Shown here one piece after another: positions 1 through 9,261 of a stretch of DNA of 64,000 bases. A model generated the notes under the pieces. The model saw nothing but the letters and a program-made list of their open reading frames with translations. It did no database searches and was not told the origin of the DNA. Numbering within the stretch: the stretch's first letter is position 1; each line of letters starts with the position of its first letter. A program made the translations under genes and the position numbers. The DNA is from Candidatus Woesearchaeota archaeon (GTDB lineage: Archaea > Nanobdellota > Nanobdellia > Woesearchaeales > JAHWIC01). The stretch spans positions 964-64,963 of the forward strand of contig JAHWIC010000003.1 in assembly GCA_019322805.1 (NCBI GenBank), read 5' to 3'.

Positions 1-468
1 GAGATGTTGAATGAGAAAAAAGATCTAACTTTATCTTTGTTGTTGAAGTGGCATAAGGAGATATTCCAGGAATCAAAATCAGATATTGCAGGAAGGTTAA
101 GAGACTATAATGTAAGGGTGGGTGATTATAGATGTCCTGACTGGCAGGATGTTAAGAATCTAATTAGAGATTTCTTTATATGGTATAATAAGAATAAAGC
201 CAAAGAACATCCTGTTGAACTTGCAGCAATGGCTCATTACAAATTTGTAAAGATTCATCCATTTGGAGACGGCAATGGAAGAATCGCAAGGCTTATTGCT
301 AACTTTGTACTTAACAAACATAGATTTCCATTGATAGTTGTAGAATATAAGGATAGGAAATCATATTACCGGGCTTTGAGAAAGGCTGATAAGGAAGAAT
401 ATGAGTTTACTAAGTATTTTGTGAGGAGATATTTAAGTATGTATAAGGATTACTTAAAAAAGCTCTGA
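1..468 (+). CDS. Fic/DOC family protein, C-terminal part (5' end probably cut by window edge)
   Basis: ORF open to the window edge. Contains the Fic active-site motif HPFGDGNGRIARL (HxFx[D/E]GNGRxxR). Confidence 0.8.
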   Translation, partial: EMLNEKKDLTLSLLLKWHKEIFQESKSDIAGRLRDYNVRVGDYRCPDWQDVKNLIRDFFIWYNKNKAKEHPVELAAMAHYKFVKIHPFGDGNGRIARLIANFVLNKHRFPLIVVEYKDRKSYYRALRKADKEEYEFTKYFVRRYLSMYKDYLKKL

Positions 469-471
469 CGC

Positions 472-1107
472 CTACCTCTTTATTTCCTTGTACTCAAAAT
501 AAGAGTAGAAAATAGGATAGAGAGCAGCAAACAAAACAGGAATAAGGAAAATCCATATAGCATATTTTTGAATGAATATTCCTGATAAGGCAATTATTCC
601 AGCTGCCTTAAACAGCTTTGCAGCAAGTTTATGTGTTTTCTCCCAAACAAGATTGCTGCTTAAAGTCCATGGAGTTTTTATTCCAATGAACCAGTTTCTT
701 TTAGCGTGTTCTACAAGAATGCCAATATAATAAATTAATATTCCAAAGGCAGGAGTAATCATTAGAGTCATGTTAAATCTATAGTTAAGGTTCCAGAGGA
801 TTGTTAATAGGTAAATATAGAACATGAATGCAATAAAGATAACAATAAACCAATCATAGTATTTTCTGAACTTTTCAACATTCTTTTTCAACGGGTCTAT
901 CCTTGGAAGGAAAATAAAAAGCAGGAAACAAGCAGTAACTACTATAGGCATCAAAAACAAACCCCAGAACTTTGGCATATAGCCGTCAACTTCTCCTGCA
1001 GAGTTCCAGTGAGATGCCATTTTATCCGGCATTTGCGGGTAAAGGCAGATTGCTATAATGAAAGATATTATGATTATTGCTAAACCAAAAATTGTTGATT
1101 TTTTCAT
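472..1107 (-). CDS. SdpI/DUF1648-like integral membrane protein
   Basis: 211-aa ORF with several hydrophobic helices. The N-terminal MPDKMASHWNSAGEVDGY motif is typical of the DUF1648/SdpI family. Confidence 0.55.
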   Translation of the reverse strand: MKKSTIFGLAIIIISFIIAICLYPQMPDKMASHWNSAGEVDGYMPKFWGLFLMPIVVTACFLLFIFLPRIDPLKKNVEKFRKYYDWFIVIFIAFMFYIYLLTILWNLNYRFNMTLMITPAFGILIYYIGILVEHAKRNWFIGIKTPWTLSSNLVWEKTHKLAAKLFKAAGIIALSGIFIQKYAIWIFLIPVLFAALYPIFYSYFEYKEIKR

Positions 1108-1143
1108 GTGATGTTTGTTTATTGATTAGTTTAAAAATCTTTT

Positions 1144-1157
1144 GCAAACCTTTAAAT
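1144..1157 (+). promoter_or_regulatory. Archaeal BRE/TATA-like promoter element (GCAAACCTTTAAAT)
   Basis: The TATA-like TTTAAAT begins 30 nt upstream of the ATG at 1181. The identical 14-mer recurs at 36911-36924, 31 nt upstream of another start codon. Confidence 0.5.
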
Positions 1158-1180
1158 CATCGAAGACGTTACCATAGAAC

Positions 1181-1699
1181 ATGGCAGATAACTATTTCAG
1201 ACCAATAAATGGTATGGAAAAGAAGATAATTGAGTCAGAGGAATTCAGGAAATGCTGTGAGTTTGGAGTAGCTAGAAAAGGCCATGCCGAAGGAAAGACA
1301 GAAGAGCACATAAGACTGATTCTGGAATATATTGAACAAAACTATAAGGAAGACCCGGATTACGAGAGATTAAGATTATTGGCGCTTTTGCATGACATGG
1401 GTAAGTTTGAAGAAGCGGACCAATCACATGCAGTCTTATCAGAACAAATATCTAAGAAATTCATTAAGGATAGAGGCTTATTGAGAATAATACGTATTCA
1501 TGATTTCCCTTGGGCATTTTACAGGATTTTTAAGAAGAAAAAACAGTTTGATAAATATAAGTTTATAGATATATTCAAAGAGATTGACTGGAGGCTCTTA
1601 GTCAAGTTCAGGTATTGTGATAACTGCAATAGGTCTCAGGAACCCTCTATATGGTTTGAGGAGAAATGCAAGGAACTCCTGAAACCATTAGAAAAATAA
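1181..1699 (+). CDS. HD-domain protein (putative phosphohydrolase)
   Basis: 172-aa ORF with H...HD signature (GHAEG ... LLALLHDMGK). Confidence 0.5.
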   Translation: MADNYFRPINGMEKKIIESEEFRKCCEFGVARKGHAEGKTEEHIRLILEYIEQNYKEDPDYERLRLLALLHDMGKFEEADQSHAVLSEQISKKFIKDRGLLRIIRIHDFPWAFYRIFKKKKQFDKYKFIDIFKEIDWRLLVKFRYCDNCNRSQEPSIWFEEKCKELLKPLEK

Positions 1700-1790
1700 A
1701 ATCCTTTTATTCCAATAAGAATATTCTTAACAAAAATATATTTAAATAGGACTTAAGAAGGATTCCTTAACAAATGAAAAGGTGGTATTT

Positions 1791-2999
1791 ATGAAGAAAG
1801 ATGGAAAGTATTTGTTTACTTCTGAGTCTGTTACAGAAGGACACCCTGACAAAGTCTGCGACCAGATATCTGACGGAATCCTGGATGCTATATACAAGGA
1901 TGATCCAAATGCGCGAGTTGCAGTTGAGGCTTTAACAACAACAGGCCTTGTTATTGTGTCTGGCGAAGTTACAACAAAATCTTATGTTGATGTACAGAAG
2001 ATTGTAAGAAATACAATAAAGAAGATTGGCTATACAAAGGCAGAGTATGGCTTTAATTCTGAGGATGTTGGTGTGTTAAGTTCAATCCATGAGCAAAGCC
2101 CTGATATTTCTTTAGGTGTAACACAGACTGAGTCACATGAGCAGGGTGCTGGTGACCAGGGAATGATGTTTGGTTATGCAACTAATGAAACTAAAGAGCT
2201 TATGCCTTTGCCTATATTGCTTGCGCATAAATTATGCATGAAATTAGCAGAAGTCAGGAAGAATAAAACCTTAAAGTATCTAAGGCCTGATGGAAAAAGC
2301 CAGGTTACTGTTGAGTATCACGATGGAACCCCAAAAAAAGTAACAACTGTTGTTATTGCAGCACAGCATGACCCTGATGCTACAGAAGACCAAGTTAAGA
2401 AAGATGTTACCGAGAAAGTAATCAAGCCAGTTTGTGGTAAATGGCTAACAGAAGATACAGTCATCCATGTTAATTCAACTGGAAGGTTTGTGATTGGCGG
2501 TCCTCCAGGAGACACAGGCTTGACAGGAAGAAAGATAATTGTTGATACTTATGGCGGCCATGGCTCTCATGGCGGCGGCTGTTTCTCTGGAAAAGACCCA
2601 AGCAAGGTAGATAGATCAGCATCTTATATGTGCAGGTATATAGCGAAGAACATTGTTGCAGCAGGCCTCGCTGATAAATGCGAGGTGCAGCTTGCGTATT
2701 CCATTGGAGTTGCAAAACCAGTTTCTGTTCTGGTGCACTGTTTTGGAACAAGCAGGATACCAGAAGATAAGATTGCAGAGCTTGTTGAGAATCATTTCCC
2801 ATTAAAGCCATCAGAGATTATTAACCACCTTGATTTGAGGAGACCGATCTACCAGAAAACAGCTGCTTACGGCCACTTTGGCAGAGATGACCCAGACTTT
2901 ACCTGGGAGAAAACAGACAAGGCTGAGCTGCTGAAAGAAGAAGCTGGTAAACTGCACAAGCCTGAGAAGACTGGGAAGGAAGTTCCGCTGGATGAGTAG
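1791..2999 (+). CDS. metK: S-adenosylmethionine synthetase, bacterial/eukaryal MetK type
   Basis: [29 protein letters not shown] and [21 protein letters not shown] motifs. The ATG at 1791 is preceded by the GGTGG SD-like sequence, so the ORF-track start at 1782 is less likely. Confidence 0.95.
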   Translation: MKKDGKYLFTSESVTEGHPDKVCDQISDGILDAIYKDDPNARVAVEALTTTGLVIVSGEVTTKSYVDVQKIVRNTIKKIGYTKAEYGFNSEDVGVLSSIHEQSPDISLGVTQTESHEQGAGDQGMMFGYATNETKELMPLPILLAHKLCMKLAEVRKNKTLKYLRPDGKSQVTVEYHDGTPKKVTTVVIAAQHDPDATEDQVKKDVTEKVIKPVCGKWLTEDTVIHVNSTGRFVIGGPPGDTGLTGRKIIVDTYGGHGSHGGGCFSGKDPSKVDRSASYMCRYIAKNIVAAGLADKCEVQLAYSIGVAKPVSVLVHCFGTSRIPEDKIAELVENHFPLKPSEIINHLDLRRPIYQKTAAYGHFGRDDPDFTWEKTDKAELLKEEAGKLHKPEKTGKEVPLDE

Positions 3000-3023
3000 A
3001 TTTTTTATTTTTTCAATTAACTT

Positions 3024-3031
3024 TTTAAATA
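3024..3031 (+). promoter_or_regulatory. TATA-like box upstream of the sigma-70-like gene
   Basis: TTTAAATA begins 29 nt upstream of the ATG at 3053. This is the same spacing seen at many other genes in the window. Confidence 0.4.
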
Positions 3032-3052
3032 TAATTCTATATCTTCTTTTGT

Positions 3053-4720
3053 ATGAGGGAGCCAGCACTTAAATTAGATTATCCAGATTTGAACCCGATA
3101 GAGGGCAATAGTGTAAATCAAATTATTGAAGGGGCTAGAAATGATGGCGCTATTTCTTATGGGTTACTTAATGACAGATTACCTTCAAGCATTACTAGGC
3201 CAGGACAGATTGATGCGGTTCTTTCAAGGCTTGATGAAGAAGGCATTGATTTAGTAACCGAGATGGAGCTTAGAAAGAGGCGTTCAAGGCCTGATCCCGA
3301 GAGAATCATGGTTGATAAAGAGTCAAATCTATCAGATGCTGTGAGGATATATCTCGAACAGATGGGTGGCTATCGGCTGCTTACCCAAGATGAAGAAATA
3401 AGGTTGTCAAAAGGATTAGAAATATACTATAAGCACTTTGTCAGGGCTATCCTCCGGTCTTATGAAGGGCTCAAGGCACTTAACGAACATTACGAGAGAG
3501 TTATAGATCACTATATGGGTAGCGAATCTAGAAAATCACGAGAGCCAGAGGCTATAACCAAAATAAAGGAATACAATGAAGAAGTTAGAAAGAAACTTGA
3601 GTTGATCAGAGAAATTAATGCAGAGCTTTGTTTAAGGAGAACATCAGAGAGGAGAAAAAGAGAACTCAGGGAACTTAGAAGACAAATTATAAGAAAAGAA
3701 GCAGATTCACTTGAGGAATCGTTCTATTTGGATTATCAACCTGCCAGAGTCAAGGATTGGGTTTTGACTTCAGTGATGGAAAAATATGCTGAAGCTACTA
3801 CAAAGGTTGGGCATTATGAAGGTAGGTTAAAAGAAGAAAGGAGAACAAGAAATGATCCTAAGGAAGTCTCAAGGCTTGAAACAAGGATCGACAGATTAAA
3901 AAGACAGTATTCAGATGAATTTGGTGAGGATTGGAAGTATGTACAGATAAGACATGCATTGCTACAAAAAAGATCCAAAGCTACTGCAGCATTAGTGAAG
4001 AGACTTACGCAGGGAAACCTTCGGCTTGTTGTAAGTATTGCAAAAAAATATAGGAATAGGGGATTACCTTTCCTTGATTTGATCCAGGAAGGAAATGGCG
4101 GTTTAATGAAAGCTATTTGGAAATATGAATATAGGAGGGGCTATAAATTTTCAACATATGCAACATGGTGGATAAAGCAAGCTATAAGCAGAGCTATAAT
4201 TAATAATGCAAGAACAATAAGGATACCTGCACATATGATTGAAACGATGTCGCGCTTTCGCAAGACATCAAGGGACCTTATGCAAAGGATTGGGCATGAG
4301 CCTACAGTAGATGAGCTTGCTAAAGAGGCAGAACTTCCAATATCTGAAGTGCAGCGTCTCATGCAAATATCCAAGTACCCTGTAAGCCTTGATAGGCCTA
4401 TAGGAGATTCAAAAGATACATACTTTGGAGACTTTATTGAAGATAAAGATGTTGCAAGCCCTATAGTTGTAGCCTCTCACTACCAATTAGCAAATAAGAT
4501 CAATGAGGTATTAGATACGCTCACATACAGAGAAAGAGAAGTAGTAAAAATGAGATTTGGAGTTGGTTATGACCAAGACTTTACTTTAGACGCAGTTGGA
4601 AGAAGATTTAAGGTTACAAGAGAAAGGATAAGGCAGATTGTGGCAAAAGCTATGAGGAAATTGCAGCATCCAGTTAGGTCAAGAGAACTGGAAGGTTTCT
4701 TAGACGAAAGAGTTTCTTAG
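3053..4720 (+). CDS. rpoD: RpoD-like (group 1 type) sigma-70 factor
   Basis: Region 1.1-like N-terminus. Region 1.2: DAVRIYLEQMGGYRLLTQDEE. Region 2: NLRLVVSIAKKYRNRGLPFLDLIQEGNGGLMKAIWKYEYRRGYKFSTYATWWIKQAISRAI. Region 3 is present. Region 4.2: RFKVTRERIRQIVAKAMRKLQHP. Confidence 0.9.
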   Translation: MREPALKLDYPDLNPIEGNSVNQIIEGARNDGAISYGLLNDRLPSSITRPGQIDAVLSRLDEEGIDLVTEMELRKRRSRPDPERIMVDKESNLSDAVRIYLEQMGGYRLLTQDEEIRLSKGLEIYYKHFVRAILRSYEGLKALNEHYERVIDHYMGSESRKSREPEAITKIKEYNEEVRKKLELIREINAELCLRRTSERRKRELRELRRQIIRKEADSLEESFYLDYQPARVKDWVLTSVMEKYAEATTKVGHYEGRLKEERRTRNDPKEVSRLETRIDRLKRQYSDEFGEDWKYVQIRHALLQKRSKATAALVKRLTQGNLRLVVSIAKKYRNRGLPFLDLIQEGNGGLMKAIWKYEYRRGYKFSTYATWWIKQAISRAIINNARTIRIPAHMIETMSRFRKTSRDLMQRIGHEPTVDELAKEAELPISEVQRLMQISKYPVSLDRPIGDSKDTYFGDFIEDKDVASPIVVASHYQLANKINEVLDTLTYREREVVKMRFGVGYDQDFTLDAVGRRFKVTRERIRQIVAKAMRKLQHPVRSRELEGFLDERVS

Positions 4721-4756
4721 AAAATTATTTATAACCCAAGCTCTGTAAAATTAAGT

Positions 4757-5092
4757 ATGATAGAATCCTATTCATTCGGAACTATAAGAATTAATGGTAG
4801 GGCATATAGTAATGATGTTATAATAGCAGGAGATAAAATAATTAATTGGTTTCGGGAAGAGGGGCATAACGCAAGGATTATTGATTTTAAGAATATCCCC
4901 AATAATGATGAGGTTTTGGTTATTGGAACTGGTGCTAATGGTGTTATGAAGGTTTCTGAAGAGGTTGTTGATTATTTTAAGGATAAGAATGTTGAGTTAA
5001 TAATCAAGCCAACAGGAGAGGCAGTTAAAACTTTTAATCAATTAAAGAAACAAAATAAAAAAGTTGCTGGTGCATTTCATCTGACTTGTTAA
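4757..5092 (+). CDS. Mth938-like (DUF498) protein
   Basis: 111 aa. GTGANGVM and the C-terminal HLTC resemble the MTH938 family (HVTC). Confidence 0.6.
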   Translation: MIESYSFGTIRINGRAYSNDVIIAGDKIINWFREEGHNARIIDFKNIPNNDEVLVIGTGANGVMKVSEEVVDYFKDKNVELIIKPTGEAVKTFNQLKKQNKKVAGAFHLTC

Positions 5093-5164
5093 TCCATTGT
5101 AAACACATTGTAAAGATTATGAATATTCTCAATACCTTTATAAACTTTTGAGATATACTACTCT

Positions 5165-6286
5165 TTGGGGGTACAATTGTTAGATTCACCTAAGCTGATT
5201 TTGCCAAGCTCTGTTTCTGAAGAAAGAAAACTAGCATTAGAACCAAAGATAATTACCTTAGCAGATATTATAGGAGAACATGAGCTCTCTCCTGTTATAG
5301 AACAGAGGGGTAGAGAATTAGCTGATATATTAGAAAGCCATAAGGAACAAGTAGCAGGAGAGTCAGGTCTTGTGGCGATCCCTAAGCTGAGACTTCAAAG
5401 ACTCTATGGTTATCTTGATAAACTATTTGGCCGCGATTCTGAGGAGGGCTCAATACACTGCAAGTTGATGTATGGCATAGTGGCTTATCTTGCTGCTGAA
5501 CTTGGTATAAAGGGTGCTGGTAAATTGCATAGGGCTGGTTATGCCGCTGTTCTGCATGATATAGGCAAGGCTGCACTTCCAGCTACTGTAATGGAAGCAG
5601 TTGAGCATGGTGATGATTTCACCCCACAATTGCGTGAGCTTATGAAGGTGCATGTATTGACTGGTTATATTATTGCTGAGATGGCAACCAGGAATGTTCC
5701 TGGTTTGAGGGGGATTGCTTCTCTGATTTTATGCCATCATGAGGAGTTTGAGGGGCTTGGTTATGTTGGTCTGACAGGAAAAGGAGATAAAGTGCCTTTA
5801 GGAAATGAAGATGAGATACCCTTAGTGAGCATGATTATTTCTGTTGTGGATTCTTATTTAGCTGTAGTCCGTAAAAGAGATTATGACCCAAGGAGTCCGC
5901 CAGAAGCAACTCTGCAAGAGCTGCTTAGGGGCGCTTACCTACCGTTTAATGAAGATGTATTGAGAGAATTTAATAAAGATAAATTAGAGGAATTAAAGGC
6001 TCGTTATAAAGAGAAATATAGAGAAGGTTGGGAAACTGCATATAAAGGAGTATTAGTAACGAAGCTGGAAGGTAACACAAGAGAAGGTAGACGTATTCCT
6101 GGCGGATTTAGGTGGAACTATCAAGAATTGATCCTTAGAGGTTCTGTTGAAGAGCTTGAGAGGGCTTATACGCAGGTAAGGCTTTCTCGTGAGAGAAAAT
6201 ATTATCCTATAGTTGTTAACACTTTCATAAAACTAGTGAGGGAGCATCCTGAGATATTAAGGAAAGTGGTAGAACAAGCGCAATAG
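5165..6286 (+). CDS. HD-GYP-like HD-domain protein
   Basis: VLHDIGKAALP plus CHHEEFEGLGYVG (a degenerate HHExxDGxGYP). The start is uncertain: TTG at 5165, or the in-frame TTG at 5177, which lies 30 nt from the TATA-like TTTATAAA at 5147. Confidence 0.6.
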   Translation: MGVQLLDSPKLILPSSVSEERKLALEPKIITLADIIGEHELSPVIEQRGRELADILESHKEQVAGESGLVAIPKLRLQRLYGYLDKLFGRDSEEGSIHCKLMYGIVAYLAAELGIKGAGKLHRAGYAAVLHDIGKAALPATVMEAVEHGDDFTPQLRELMKVHVLTGYIIAEMATRNVPGLRGIASLILCHHEEFEGLGYVGLTGKGDKVPLGNEDEIPLVSMIISVVDSYLAVVRKRDYDPRSPPEATLQELLRGAYLPFNEDVLREFNKDKLEELKARYKEKYREGWETAYKGVLVTKLEGNTREGRRIPGGFRWNYQELILRGSVEELERAYTQVRLSRERKYYPIVVNTFIKLVREHPEILRKVVEQAQ

Positions 6287-6288
6287 AA

Positions 6289-6807
6289 CTATAACTTACT
6301 CTTCTCAGCTTTATCAGATATAATGGCAGAATTCCCGCTGGGATCTTCAATTATGAGCTTCATCTTTTCCTGCCCCCACATTACCTTCATGAGTTTCTTT
6401 AATTGATTCTTTGCTTTTTTCTTTGCAGAATCATCCTCTTCTGCATCACGAAGTTTTTCAATCTGCTCTTTAATCCTGGTTAAAACACCTTCAATATTTG
6501 TAACATAACCGTTTGATGCAGGCCCTGGCGTGACAGTTGCCATATGGGGAATTTTAATAGTTGCTTCAGAGGATTTTACAACTCGAACCTTCATATCTTC
6601 TTCAGAGCTGATCTCGAATGTGTATCTGCATGGTTCTTTGCGCTCAGCCGCTTCAACATCAGCTTTATTGAAGCTGCAGTTTGAGCAGCTCATTGAGAAA
6701 ACAAATACCTTACCAAAGTACGGCACCTCTGTTTCTTCTTCCATTAGCGTCAGTGTCTTCTGCCTGCACATTGGGCACGTTTCTTTCTCGACCGTCTCTT
6801 TAGCCAT
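6289..6807 (-). CDS. ZPR1-type zinc-finger protein
   Basis: CPMCRQKT ... EVPYFGKVFVFSMSCSNCSF, a typical archaeal ZPR1 module. Confidence 0.75.
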   Translation of the reverse strand: MAKETVEKETCPMCRQKTLTLMEEETEVPYFGKVFVFSMSCSNCSFNKADVEAAERKEPCRYTFEISSEEDMKVRVVKSSEATIKIPHMATVTPGPASNGYVTNIEGVLTRIKEQIEKLRDAEEDDSAKKKAKNQLKKLMKVMWGQEKMKLIIEDPSGNSAIISDKAEKSKL

Positions 6808-6874
6808 AAAACGCGAAGAAATAAGTTGATATTTATAGTTTTCTATTTGTTAAGTTGATTTCAATTTTGAATAT

Positions 6875-7015
6875 AATCATTAGAAAAATCATCAATAGGA
6901 AAAAAATCAATAAACGAAAAAAATAATTCTGATTTTTGCTTTATTCCTTTACTTAAAGCAAATCAGAATTATTTTTTTAATGATATTTCTTTTTAATGAT
7001 TTAATTTTTCTATTG
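6875..7015 (+). repeat. R-element copy R1 (minimal form: A/T-rich arms plus a single hairpin)
   Basis: AATCAATAAAC-type words, then the hairpin AATTCTGATTTTTGC ... GCAAATCAGAATT (6925-6970), then an inverted A/T-rich right arm. Confidence 0.85.
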
Positions 7016-7049
7016 TTTAAAACCTAAAAAAGAATTATTATTGCGGCTT

Positions 7050-7502
7050 CTATTCTTCAGGAACTTCAGTACTGTACTCAGTCACTTCTGTAACGCCTTC
7101 AACTGGCTCAGATTCTTCTTTCTTCTCTCCGCTTCCTTCTTTTGGACCTCTATGAATCTTTGCAAAGGAAGGGACAGCAGCAATCCAGTCTTCACCAAAG
7201 CCAGCGATATCTCCTTCGATAGCATCGCAGGTTTTCTTCAGTTTGTTTATTGCACGCTTTAACTCAACAATATCCTTGTCCTTTAATGGCTTGATATTGA
7301 TTAATGCAATTGTGTGCCCTTCCCTTAGAACATCAAGAATCGGCTTTATGTGCTCAAAATTTTCAATGACAAAAGGTCTGACAGTAATCTTGGCTTTTTC
7401 CATGCTAGGCTCAGCACCAAGCTCAACATAGCCTTCTTCCTCTTCTTCAGAACCCTCTGGTTTCTTGAGTTTTGAAAAAAATCCCATATTTTTCACCTTC
7501 AT
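7050..7502 (-). CDS. sepF: SepF-like cell-division protein
   Basis: The core ITVRPFVIENFEHIKPILDVLREGHTIALINIKPL ... AIEGDIAGFGEDW matches the SepF/DUF552 pattern, with an acidic C-terminal tail. Confidence 0.7.
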   Translation of the reverse strand: MKVKNMGFFSKLKKPEGSEEEEEGYVELGAEPSMEKAKITVRPFVIENFEHIKPILDVLREGHTIALINIKPLKDKDIVELKRAINKLKKTCDAIEGDIAGFGEDWIAAVPSFAKIHRGPKEGSGEKKEESEPVEGVTEVTEYSTEVPEE

Positions 7503-7621
7503 AAAAATAACTATTTTAGAATTGTAATAACTCCAATTTATATATAAATCTTTTGTTTCTAGAATACTACTTCAAAAGAAAAGCTTTTTAAATCAAACTT
7601 AAATCTCCTATCCTGGTTTTT

Positions 7622-7912
7622 ATGGCTAAAAGACTTGGTTCAATAAGGAGAAAAACAAGGCATAAGCTGAGTAAATCCTTCAGGAGAAGAGGGAAAATAA
7701 GCATCTCAAGCTATTTCCAGAACTTTAGTGCAGGTGACAAGGTCATTTTGTCTGCTGAATCTGCGTACCAAAAAGGCATGTATCATCCTAAATATATGGG
7801 CAAAAGTGGAGTAGTAAAAAATAAGAAAGGCAAATGCTTTGAAGTAGCTATAAGTGATAAAGGAAAAGAAAAGACTTTAATAGTACATCCAATACACCTA
7901 AAGAGGGTATAA
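7622..7912 (+). CDS. rpl21e: 50S ribosomal protein L21e
   Basis: 96 aa, basic. RRKTRHKLSK ... GDKV ... YHPKYMGKSGVV matches the L21e pattern. It is followed directly by rpoF, as in other archaea. Confidence 0.9.
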   Translation: MAKRLGSIRRKTRHKLSKSFRRRGKISISSYFQNFSAGDKVILSAESAYQKGMYHPKYMGKSGVVKNKKGKCFEVAISDKGKEKTLIVHPIHLKRV

Positions 7913-7914
7913 AA

Positions 7915-8262
7915 ATGGATACCAGCGAAATATTAAACGAGGCTCCTATGAGCATGGTTCAGCTAAAGGAAGAGCTTGAGAGAATAAAGAAACGGGATAA
8001 AGAGCTGAACTTCAGGGCAACAAAGACAGAGGAGTACCTAAGCCAGGTCATCACTCTGAAGGGTGCTGAGGGGCTTTTTAAGAAGCTAGTTGCCTTGAAT
8101 GTGCCAAGGCTTAAGGAGCAGCATATATGCAAGATAATTGATGTACTTCCGAAAACAGCTGATGATCTTAAAGTACTTCTGCAAGGTTATACACTAACAG
8201 TAAACAATCAGAATCTAAAAAAGATTATTGATGCAATCAATGAATTTTTAGCGAAACAATAA
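7915..8262 (+). CDS. rpoF: DNA-directed RNA polymerase subunit Rpo4/RpoF
   Basis: 115 aa, 2 nt downstream of L21e, in the conserved L21e-RpoF-DUF655 order. It shows the helical Rpo4-like pattern. Confidence 0.7.
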   Translation: MDTSEILNEAPMSMVQLKEELERIKKRDKELNFRATKTEEYLSQVITLKGAEGLFKKLVALNVPRLKEQHICKIIDVLPKTADDLKVLLQGYTLTVNNQNLKKIIDAINEFLAKQ

Positions 8263-8328
8263 GGGGGTGCTGATAGTTTCTAATTTTTCATCACAATATT
8301 TATAAATACTATTCAATATTTTATTAAA

Positions 8329-9255
8329 ATGGCGGTGGGGATTGAGCACGGTCATCTCAAGATTTGTGATGACTTTGCAAAAGAGGTGAACAGACTTATT
8401 GGAAGATTTAGTCCTAAGAGCTATAGGATTAACTCCGGCAAATATGAAAGCTTGTTAAGGAAAAAGAATCTGACGATTGAATCCAAAAAGAAGAAACTAC
8501 TGAAAGCATTGCATGAGGTCGTTTTACACGCACTGAGTGTTGATATCCATAATGTAAAACCAGGTAAGATAGTTGATGACCTTAGGATAAACATCAGGAT
8601 TATAAGGGCCATCATCACTAAACTGCGCGACATAAATTATTACCTTGAAGATGTGTTTTTGCATGAGCTTGGCCTTAAAGCAAAGCCGGAAAGCTGGGCA
8701 AAGACAATAAAGAAAGGCGCAAAAAAGCTTAAGGAGAAAAGCGCGCTTGGAAAGCAGGAGCTGGAAAAACTGGAGCATGCTGTTCATAAGATGATTACTA
8801 GGGTAATAACCCTTGATGAAAGATTGCTTAAGACTTACAAAAGAAGGGAAACAAAAGTCGTCAAAGATGAGCATGTACGTATAAATGATTTGGAAAAGCT
8901 CCTTGGAAAACAATCAGAGCTTTTGATGCATTTGCAGGCAAAGTTCCCGCCGCCAAATAAGGTGAAGGCAGATTTATTCGAGCCTGACAGGTTTAACCAC
9001 TGGATGCTTAGGATATTAACCGCATTATCAGCTTTGGAGCACGCTTCCCAAAAGGAAGTGGCAATTTTCCAGAGATTAAAACAAAGCAGAAAGCTCAGAA
9101 GAAAGATTGAATCCAGGATTGATTATGTGCTCAAGGAGAAATTTGAACTTATGCAAATAAAGGAGCAGCGCGTTTTGTCGTGGGAGAACATAGGAAGGAT
9201 TGATGATGCGCTGCACGAGGCAGCGCACAAATACCTTGCTGCTTCACAACTGTAA
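8329..9255 (+). CDS. Hypothetical coiled-coil protein
   Basis: 308-aa ORF, K/E/L-rich, with no motif I recognise. The TATA-like TTTATAAATA lies 30 nt upstream of the ATG. Confidence 0.6.
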   Translation: MAVGIEHGHLKICDDFAKEVNRLIGRFSPKSYRINSGKYESLLRKKNLTIESKKKKLLKALHEVVLHALSVDIHNVKPGKIVDDLRINIRIIRAIITKLRDINYYLEDVFLHELGLKAKPESWAKTIKKGAKKLKEKSALGKQELEKLEHAVHKMITRVITLDERLLKTYKRRETKVVKDEHVRINDLEKLLGKQSELLMHLQAKFPPPNKVKADLFEPDRFNHWMLRILTALSALEHASQKEVAIFQRLKQSRKLRRKIESRIDYVLKEKFELMQIKEQRVLSWENIGRIDDALHEAAHKYLAASQL

Positions 9256-9261
9256 AACAAC

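Noticed and set aside
2318-3068. Minus-strand ORFs 2318-2515, 2470-2811 and 2811-3068
   Set aside because: They are antisense to metK and its terminator region and have no supporting features.
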